Positions 53,801 through 64,000 of a stretch of 64,000 nucleotides of DNA are shown here, piece by piece. Within the stretch, counting starts at the first letter, position 1. Every line of letters starts with the position of its first letter. The stretch comes from Tubulanus polymorphus. Lineage: Eukaryota > Animalia > Nemertea. Position numbers and translations under genes: made by a program. The notes below the pieces were generated by a model, which worked only from the letters and a program-made list of their open reading frames with translations, ran no database searches and was not told the DNA's origin. The stretch spans positions 26,508,150-26,572,149 of the forward strand of contig NC_134026.1 in assembly GCF_964204645.1 (NCBI RefSeq), read 5' to 3'.

Positions 53801-56800
53801 TAGTAGCCATTAAGTAGCCATTTTTCTGGCAGGTTTAAGAGCAGCACAAGAAAGAAAGGTTGAAGGACTTTTTTCTGTATTCCCGATATTGCGCTGACAT
53901 TGGGGACTTGATAATGGAAATTAGTATAGAAAATTTGCTCTTAAGATTATTTTCTTGTGTCCAAACTGTCAGAAACAACCAAGAAAGTAAAAAATGATAT
54001 AAAATGTTAGCATTTAGAAAATCGGACTAATGTTTAAGTCTGTTCTCTTTTTTAGGACTGTGAATTCTTGGAGTTAGAGATAAAGTATGGTGTACTTCAG
54101 GTAGAAGATATGCTTTTGTTCGATTCTCCTTGACATTTATGAAAAATGATCACAATGATCATTATGTTCTGTTAGCAAAAATAAGTTAGCAATCCTTGAT
54201 TTGTTCTCAGATTGCAGAAGCACTCAACTTCATTCATGGCATTGAACAGATGTTACATGGCAACATCAACCCACAGTCCATCATCATCACAAAGAAAGGA
54301 GCGTGGAAGCTTGCTGGTTTGGGATTTGCTGAAAAAGCGCAAGATGGAAAGGTTAATTAGTTGTTATTAGTCTTTTTCTCTGATTTGAATCATCGCGATT
54401 TTGGCTAGTTTCATTTGAGGAATGAGGAACGTGTCGCCTCTGGGAGAAGTGCTGTCTGGTTGACCTTTAAAACTTGGTGCATCAGTTTGGTATTGTGGCT
54501 GTTGGTCCTACATAAAAGGGTGCGTTGTTGATATATCAGACATAATACCTAAAAGCATTTCAAAACTACTAGCAGTGACATTGTGTTTCCAATACATAAT
54601 TCCTTGCCAATTACCTCAAGGGCTTATTGGTTTATTCTTTCATCCGGGTTTTTGAAAAAAGTTATTTGTTCGTCTGCCATGTATTGCTTGATTGATTAAT
54701 TAAGATTGTAGGATGGATTTTCTTTGATGTACAAGTATTTGAACCCAGTTGATATGAGCCGCTCCCACAGGTGCTTACGTTGATGGGTGGGGTTTCATAA
54801 CTGGTGATGATTGGCGCTGAAAGTCTTGAAATGTATTGAAGTACATGAAAAGGCAGTTGTCCAATTTTGTCCAAAAATTTAGAATCATAGTATCATTATT
54901 TTTGAGGATTAAAATACTGTGTAAAACATGATGGTACAGTACAATAAGTTGTAGATATGGGAAAGCATCTCATTCATCTTATCTCTGTTAATATCACAAT
55001 CACATTATGTCTTTGATTTTAGGACTCATTTCCTTGTTCACCATGGACTACTAAATCTCCAAAAATGGCACAGCCGGATTTGGATTATATCGCTCCTGAG
55101 CTACAACTTGATAAAACTTGTACATTTATGTGTGATATGTTCTCTCTGGGACTAGTCTTATGTGCTATTTATAATAATGGCAAATCTTTATTGGACTGCA
55201 ACAGAAACCCTGCAGTATATGCAAAAAAGGTGGAACAGGTAAACCATAAATGATTAGATTGCACCAAATTTGTTGAAATACACAATGTAGGCGAATCATT
55301 GTTACATGTTGAAAATGATGCACGCTGTAGTAAGTTATCAGTTTCAACATCATTGAATTTGATCATATTCATAACAAACTCCCCATCACATCACCAGTAC
55401 AACACTCCCATTAGTAATTTCAATAGGTTATGTATTCACGAGACTCCTGTGATTTCAGCTCCATGATGCATTTAGTGAAGTCGCGCACAAAATTCCGTTA
55501 CCATTGGTTGAACCAGTGGAAAAAATGATTAACCGAGATATTCGTTATCGTCCTACAGCTCAACTATTTTCTTTGGTAAGTAGCAAAGTTGTCACCAATG
55601 TATGGCATACGCATACTGTCACAGACGTAAAAAAATATAGATTGGAAAATATTTTGCCTAGATTCGACACAATTATTGGCACAAATGTTTAATCCTCAAC
55701 TGTAATACACACTGCAGCATGGAAACAAAAAAACGGGTTTTCTTTTGGAAACATGTTTTCAGGTTAATACTTGGAGAATCATTCGAATCTGTTGAATTAT
55801 GTTGAAAATGCTTGCTTCATTGGAAGTATGACCGATGGGCATAAAATAGATCATGGCTCTGTGCTGGCATGTTTACCGGCATACAAAAAAATTATCAATT
55901 CTTTGATAAAACTATGTATGCATGTATTTGAATAAGCAATGATTAGATTCGGTAAAATTGTGTTTTACTTATTTAGTGTTTAAACAGTATACACAAAAAT
56001 GAATGTGAATGGGAAGCAAACTAGAAACTAGGATTTATTGGTTATAAAAATAGCTTCTGTGATTCACTGTAACACTTCATTGACAAGTCTGTATTGCTCC
56101 TATCCTCATGCTGCTACTTAAGTTGTAGTGCAGCATCGTATGTCTCAGTCCTTATGTTCTAACAAATCAGGGGCAATGAGATCTGTTGACCTCTTTTCTC
56201 GAATTATATCAACAAATGTCTCCCCAAGGGAGTAACTTAGTCATTTCTATAATGAGGGAACAGTGGTTCTAGCTATTACTGTCATGTTCACATTATCACT
56301 GCTACACAATTCTTCATCTTAATCTCTTACTCATTTCAGTTGAAGTATTTCAATGATCCTGTGGTATCTTGTATACAAGTTCTCGATGTGATAGATCAAA
56401 CCGATATGACACAGAGGACGGAATTCTTCGCCAGCTTGCCTGCTCTTGTGCCAGAAATTCCCAAGGTATGCTGCGATGTTGTTAACTTTATAACGTCCAA
56501 TAAGAAGAAATCTCAGATTAGGATATATGCAAATGACAATTAGTGGAAATTAGTGATCCCACATCTTTCCCTGTGTGTCTTGATCATAGTCAAACTCTTG
56601 ACCTCTTCTCTGATAATTGGAATATCGATGTATATCTATTTTTAGTCACCAATCCAGACAGATTTCATGTCACTCGGATTAGTCTATTTTATGAAATGAG
56701 AATTTTATAAATCAGTAACAATGACATAGATAATCTCATTAGGTACTGATCTTTCCTAATCGGTAATCAAAGATGGTGATATATTAATTGACCAAAATGA

Positions 56801-59800
56801 CGAGAACAATTTTTTGTTAAAGCTAATGGAAAATATTCTTAATTTATTTTTCAATGATCTTCTACCTCCTAGCTTCCAACCAACTCACGGGTTCTATATG
56901 CAACTGTTTGATGTTTCAGCTTAAGCAATTGTTATTGAAATGAGCTACGTGTGAAAAATCATCCAATATTTGTTGTTACGACATCAAATTTTCCGAATTT
57001 CAGCATTGATTTATTCATCAGTGTTATTGATCAAAGGTTGTTTTTGCTCATTGAAAGCGTGGGTGGAATGTCTTGTTGGCTATGATTAAACCGTGCAACT
57101 GTCACTTTTACGGTTTTATAGATATCCATCAGGAAAACTTTGACTTACAGAAATTGAAATTATGGATTAGATGATCATAGAGAAATAGAAGGCCAGATCA
57201 CTCGATGTGCAGATCAAAAGAAAAAATCAATTAATCACTACCATTCAAAACAAAATTTTATTGATTGATGTGCGTACGCACGCTCATAAATTCAATTTGA
57301 AGGTGTTTCCATGTTTTTGAATATCGATGAACCTTGAGAACTAGTCTGGAAGATATTGACGATTGGTTATATGCCTACGCATATAAATATAAGCCAACAT
57401 TGTGATTATTTCAGAAAATATTGTATCAACACGTCTTCCCCATTCTCAAGGAACAGATGAGGTCGAATGAACTACTGGTCCATATATTTCCCACTATCAT
57501 TGCCCTAATTGAAAATGCAACCATGGATGAGTATAAAAATACCATATTCCCTGGTGTCAAGAAAGTCTTCTGTGCTCCAAAACCAGTTCAAGTAAGTCAA
57601 AGATGAAGTATAGATGTGATATCATGGGTCACATTGTATATGTGCTTCCACTGTCACAACAATATTGATCCATGTCATTCAATGCAGTAATTTTGTAAAT
57701 AATGGCTATAGCCTTGATACATATCATATAAACTATATGGAGATCATCTTTGGTGTATTATTCTTATTTTGCAGGCTACTGTTGTTTTATTAGAGCACTT
57801 GGATGTTATTTTAGCCAAAACACCGAAGGAAGATGTGAAAACTGAAGTTTTACCACTGGTTTTCAACATGTTAGATTCAAACTCGTCACAAGGACAGGTG
57901 ATTTTGCTCGATTTGCCAATGAAACTTCATCAGTGAATATTATACAAATGTAGAGTTGTACCTGAACATTTGATAATCAGCCAACTCATTTAAACCATGC
58001 AAGTCTTCCATATGATTTTCAACCCCCAATGGAATTGATATCATTTATTAATCAATAATAGTTCATCATCTGTAAGTCAAGTACTTGACCAACCCTCCTA
58101 TCGGGTTGTATAATACATGTTTCCACACTGTGTGGTGTGTGGAAGGTTTAATCTTTCTTTTTGAAATGAATAATCTTTTAACAATAGAGTGTATGTATTA
58201 CTGACATGTCTATCTTCAGGAGGCAGCTCTTAATACTATTGCGGCGATTCAGGATTATCTTGATGAGAGTGTAATGAAGAAAATGGTGCTACCAAAAGCC
58301 AAAGGCCTATATAATAAATCTTCAAATATAAAGGTGTCTAAATGAAACATTTGAAAAACCTTTTTTGCATACATAATAAAATCTATCTAATATATGTACG
58401 TTCATTTCCAGATGCGGCTAAATGCATTGTTATGTATAGACAAGTTGTTGGATAAACTTGATAAAATGATAATATTGGATGAAGTTTTACCCTTCCTTAC
58501 TGAGATCTCATACCAGGACACTGAGATATTAATGGCTGTGATAGGTAATAATGTCAGATATACAAGATGTATCATTTATCTTTGATGTTTAAATGATCCA
58601 AATCTAATTATTACTCTTTTTTAAAGGAATTTACAAACATATGCTTAGCGATAAGAAGTTTGGACTAACGCACAATCTGATTGCCTCAAAAGTAATGCCT
58701 CCATTGATACCATGTACAGTGTCTCCGGGCCTTAACATGGAACAGGTATTTGTGTACATTTACATGCAATTTGTTCTAATCACAGATTGAAACATTAAAC
58801 GTTTTACGCAACTTAGCAGACACTAATGGTGCATCTATTGGCACTCAAACCTATACATTATATCTCGGTAAAGAAGAATGAAAGTTCTTTAATGTGAGAG
58901 TTTAAGTTCTTCAATCACCATTTGACGAAAAAGCTGTGTAATAACCAAATGACTAAGGTTTTCAGTGTCTCTGCATTGTGCAGTATTTGTTGATTAGATT
59001 AGTTTTAAGAAGACTGTTTTTTGGGTTCAAGTTTGGCACGTTGATGGAAGTTTTGCGTGAGATGCTAGAACATATTGATAGACAACGACGGAACAAGATG
59101 AAATTAGAAAGTATGAGCCAGTCAGGTTCTTTAGGGTAAGAAAACTGGGAATTCCTGATTCAATTTATTAGTTTTGATAATTGTTTCCAAATATTTGTAT
59201 TCATTATTTGTAGGTCACGGCCAACGATTAAGATGCATTTAAGTGTTGAAAAGCCTGACCTATCATTTTCTCCTTCATCAGATACAAAACCAAGCAATAA
59301 GAATTTCTTAACTGTAGATGATGCTATGCATACTGTTCAGAAAGTGAGAACGGGTAAGTTTTATATCACTGTACTACGTAAAAATTGATATTAATATCCA
59401 CCTTGGGCACTCGGATGAGTTATGTTGACAATTATATCACCAACTGGAAGCTAAGGAGCCAGTACGAAGGTCAGAGATGCTGAAATTGGATAGAAATGTC
59501 GGAATGATTTGTATGTTGAATTCAGTGTGAAGGTGTAGATGCTGGGAATGCTGACAATCATTGCTGAACGCTGATGATATATGAATACTTAAGGCGCCAT
59601 ACAATGTAGTAAACTTTCAAGTTGATTATACTTTGTATTAATAATTCATTTGAAATTGTTGATTCATGAATAAAGAATTACATAGAAAAATAAGATTACA
59701 TGTTTATTCGTTTATGTGCATCGTCTTATATATGTTGAATCATCCCTTTAACCAAATGCATGGGTGCACATGAGGTGGGGTCCTTTAAACTGCAATCATA

Positions 59801-62800
59801 ATGATTCAAGGGTCAAAAGAGAGCTGGCTGCTACTAAATGAAAATGTATCCGTACATCGCTTCAAGTAAATGCCTAATTTCAAACTATTAAGACTGAACT
59901 TTCTATCCTGCCAAGACTGTTTAAATGCAAATAAACTTATAATCTTTTTGCATGCTTTTGCAAGAAGTCCTTTCTTCTAAAACACCTAAAAGAGCTTCTG
60001 TATACGTTAGTAATTTCCGGTTGAACATTTTCTTTTTGAATAATTGTACAAGCAATGTGGCTAGTGTTGTGTTGGTTTGAAGTGCATGGCCTTGACCCCT
60101 TTTGACCCTTGACCTTTGTAATTGACCTTAAACCCTTTTCCTTTCCAGACCTCGATTCCCCTGAAATACTTAAGAATGTTCTCAATCTTCGCACATGTGC
60201 GGCCAACTCGATCAACGTCAAGTATAAACCGAAACGCAGGCATTCTGAGTTTGGATTGCCTGTTCATCAGCTTTCTGCACTCTTGGGGCAATGTAAACCT
60301 TCAGGTGTCGTACAAACAACATACTTTAATGTGATTGGCGCACTGTTTGTCATCTTTCTTCCTTTTTCACTTTCACATCTCCTTCCTCTTTGTCTTGTAT
60401 CGTGAAGTCGCTACCCCCACTTGCAGTGTTCTTGTGTCGCTTATAGTAAATCTATTCAGTAAAACATGATGTGACCAGTGATACATATATATAATTGTGC
60501 AAAATGCCAGGACAGTATATGATATGTTTGTTGAGAATTAGAAGAATTATTTGATCCTAGACCTACGTATTCTTAAGTAAGTCGTGACTGTATGTGAAAG
60601 GTGCACCTTTCAGCTCGTTGTGTGCACCTTGCCATCTACTGGTAGCTTTTTGTCATACTTCTGTCTTGATGCTGAATGACACTGTTAGATGATACAGGAT
60701 TAATGAATTATTCTTTTGTATGTAGGCAAATCTAATAAATCTGAAGATTACTTCAGAAAAAGATAGAAAACTGAGAATTTTTACTTTTACAGATATAATC
60801 ATATACAGTGTAAATTCAGTTGTAGGCCTAAATGCAGACCACCCTACCTTGATTCAATATTGTGTGTAGATATAAGTCATATTCCTTTAGTTATTTATGT
60901 CTGATATTTCAAGTAGGCGCTGAATTATTAGGTTGGTTAGAAATTCAATAGATGTCATATACAAAGAATTACAAATATACCTCCTGGCATTAATCGCGTA
61001 TCAGCTTCTTCAAGAATCTTAACTCTTACAGCCTTCGTGAGCTCTTGTGCTGCTGTGAATATGGAGTTTTTACTTTGTATATATTATATATACATCTATA
61101 TTTATAGATCTGGGCTTCAGCTCTGTTTCACACGTATATATTGTCCACCTATACCAATATTCAAAAGACTATCCATATTTATCCTGCTCGCTTTGATCTG
61201 CTGCAATGTTGTTGTCACAGTTAATTGGTTTTGATAATAGTATACATTAGACATATTTGATGTTTTTGAAGAAGGCAGGTATTAATACTTATCTCTAATA
61301 GTAAAAACAAGTAAATTATATGATGATATTTACAATAATGATGAGGATACAATTATTTGATAGTTCTATTTTATACAGTTAATACTCTCAAGCACAATGC
61401 TTTCTTATGCTTTTTATATATTCACTTGATTTAAAAATTAAATTTAAATGATATCATTTTGTTATCCAATGATAAATAATGCTTAAGATAATTCAGATAT
61501 GATAATTCAGGATAAAGGGCTTCACATGAACACTGCAAGCTGTTTGTCACTTTTGTCCGTCACCATTGTCAATGTCTTTAGTGTCATCTGTTGGATGAGA
61601 GACTTTTCCGCAAAATATTTCATAATTGTTTCTTTTTAATTATTTTCAGCTCCCAGTACCCCTGAAAGCCAAAAGAGAACAGTCCAGGTTGGTGTTTCTA
61701 GCAATCCATTACCACGGAGACGCCATTCCAGTGTGCATGGTGTTCACCCTAATGTAGCCCCTGTGAGTACCCAAAATGTGGGTTTGAGTATGGATAATCT
61801 TCATATCCATACATTATCTTCTGTACATAGATTGGAAGTTGTTCTAGTATGTATTAGATTAGAAGGGTGGTCCCATCTGTGTAGAGCCTGGGACCTACGT
61901 AGATTAGTATTTGTATGACATTTATTTCAAAAACAAATATTATCTTTAGTTTGTTTGCATGATGTTGATGATAGCATTATGTCTGTGTTGTTTCTGTGTG
62001 GATGTTGAATTAAATGACTTAAATTTTTTGCTCTGCAAGATGTTGCGAGTGATCTTTTTCAATCAATAGTAATTTTACTTTGACCCATTATTCTGAAAAA
62101 GAAAGATATTGAATTTTAGTGAACTGAATTCTTAGACTAGCATTTGGGATTAAGAGAAAACTGATATTGCATAAAAATAGTTGTGATTTTCTCATAAACC
62201 CAAATAGTATTGGAGATGATCATCAAAAAACTTTATTGTTGTAGATGTATTGTCTTACTGTTGTGCATTAGTTGGCAAAAGTTTAAATATTTTCGACCTC
62301 TCAAACAAAATGCTTAAGTGAGACTTGAAGGTAAGTGATGTTATTCAACTTAAATCATTGTTTTGATAGTATTTGTTGTTGTTTGTCTGTATGAAATGTA
62401 TAGTTGATTTGAAAAAATTTTAATGTGATTGATTTTAATATATATATTTGAATATTGGATGATATTTTTATGACATTCTTCTTTGAAGATTAATTTTCAG
62501 AGATTTTTGCATGATAGATTTTACAGACTGAAATTGATCTACTTTTTTTCAAAAAATACTTTTTTTTACAAAATAAGATACATATATATCTTTATTTATT
62601 ATTATTTACAAATATTGCACAAATTTTCCATTTCTCTTCACTTTAAAACATGTCGGACCAGGTTCTATACTCGTTCTCTGGGTAATGTAGAATGATTTAC
62701 AGTTGTCCAAAACATAACATGATAGATAACATAATCTCTGCTTCAATTTTCTTAGGATAAGGTACAAAGTGTGCCCGATCGGCTGGCTGATCGAAGGTAT

Positions 62801-63585
62801 AGTCTTTTGTTGCCCGATGGAACTCGTAATCCAAACTTATTGCTGCCGGATGGAATGGCTGATGGTATTTTTACAAATTCACCAAGACGATTAAGTACTC
62901 AAAGCCTCGGCCCTGTTGTTGTTCCGGTAAGTTACACATGCTACAAAGTGTCCATCAATATAGTGGCCATATTTTGCACTTTGTACACATATCATTATTG
63001 AAGCCGTGATGGTTTTCTGATGGTTCTATGATAAAAATACAAAAAATCCAATACCAATAAAAACTGAAATCTGACTAGCAGATCTTTTTTATTACAGTAA
63101 ATGTCACTGCACATTTTCAATTTGCAAATTTCACAATGCTTGCTTTGCTATTATGACCATGTTCTACAGTTGTGTGAATTGATTAACGATGGAGTCACAA
63201 TTCGATCATTTCCAATTGTTTAACTCCACTGTATTGACCGACAACTGTCATCTAGCTCCAGGATTCTTTGAGAAAAATAACTAAAAGAAAGATAGCTGGA
63301 AACGGAAGAAATTCAACATTCATGATTTGACAGATTTTAATAACTAGATGGCCAGCTATAGAAATAAATTTCTTATGGAATCTTGTGATATGCCTGCGTA
63401 AGCTTTAATCACAAAAATTACAACTTGTTTCGAGAAGGAATTTCACTTACATGAATAGGCTATATGTATATATAGTATATTTTTTTATATTTATTTCAAT
63501 TTCTTGATATAATAAATATAAGGATGACTACCTGTCAGTGCCCAGACGACCGAGCACACAGAGTGTAGGACCATGCATTGTACCA
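50879..63585 (+). CDS. SCYL2: SCY1-like protein 2 family pseudokinase with HEAT repeats, 3' end beyond the window
   Basis: Exons 50866-51058 (ATG 50879 or 50909), 52347-52507, 52910-53009, 54056-54100, 54211-54351, 55023-55238, 55459-55575, 56340-56465, 57415-57591, 57775-57897, 58220-58333, 58412-58544, 58627-58745, 59032-59135, 59214-59353, 60149-60304, 61650-61762, 62756-62926, 63523-63585. Motifs: NPITKHFQIGKHVASAGPESVWKIY, EASVFIFEK, HPKILT..HPIEE..DSLAFASEPV, ELEIKYGVLQIAEAL, HGNINP (no HRD), WKLAGLGF (no DFG), PDLDYIAPE, CDMFSLG, LNMEQFGTLM. May be a SCYL2 paralog rather than the direct ortholog. Confidence 0.9.
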
Positions 63586-64000
63586 GTAAGTTAACGCGTA
63601 CCACAATCAAACGTTACCCAAAACTAACCATTCAACATTTACCCTAAACCATAACCCTTTAACTAACCTCACCATGCATTCTGTACCTAACAATAATCAC
63701 TTCAGAGGTTTTCATGAGGATGGAGTTAACAAATACATGTACCATTATTTATAGTCGTATATAGTCGTACATTGTATATGAAATGATATATGAAGAATTT
63801 CCTGATATTCAAACTATACCTGTACTATAAGTAAGTCGCAACGATGTTGATTTTCAACAATACCACAATATCTAGACATTATTGAAAATAATCTTGATCT
63901 ATGTACCTCTATCGTACTCATGAAGGGTTTACAAATGAAAACTATTGTATGACCTCAAACCTACTGTACAGAAAATGTCCTTGGAATGCCACTCCCGCCA

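Noticed and set aside
63610-63675. Telomere-like CCCTAA/CTAACC degenerate run
   Set aside because: Too short and irregular to call an interstitial telomere or element end.

Overview
AT-rich, intron-containing eukaryotic DNA from an invertebrate animal (probably a spiralian; inference). Most entries in the ORF track are exon fragments or noise. Splicing by hand gives six protein-coding genes. (1) The 5' part of INPP5F/SAC2 phosphoinositide phosphatase (- strand) lies head-to-head, 322 bp apart, with (2) a complete ~27-exon SorCS-type VPS10P receptor (+). (3) An intronless GPR21/GPR52-like class A GPCR is nested antisense in the only large SorCS intron and appears to lack both cysteines of the canonical TM3-ECL2 disulfide. 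(4) A 616-aa CARD-like + death domain + C-terminal tail-anchor protein (-) has the architecture of an invertebrate MAVS antiviral adaptor. (5) A myristoylated stathmin-domain (STMND1-like) gene (+) follows. After a ~30 kb stretch without recognisable coding exons (MITEs, a long (AT)n tract, CRE palindromes, candidate first exons) comes (6) an SCYL2-like pseudokinase (+) whose C-terminal tail is an exon-by-exon array of RRxS motifs and runs off the window. All family assignments come from remembered motifs; no database search was run.
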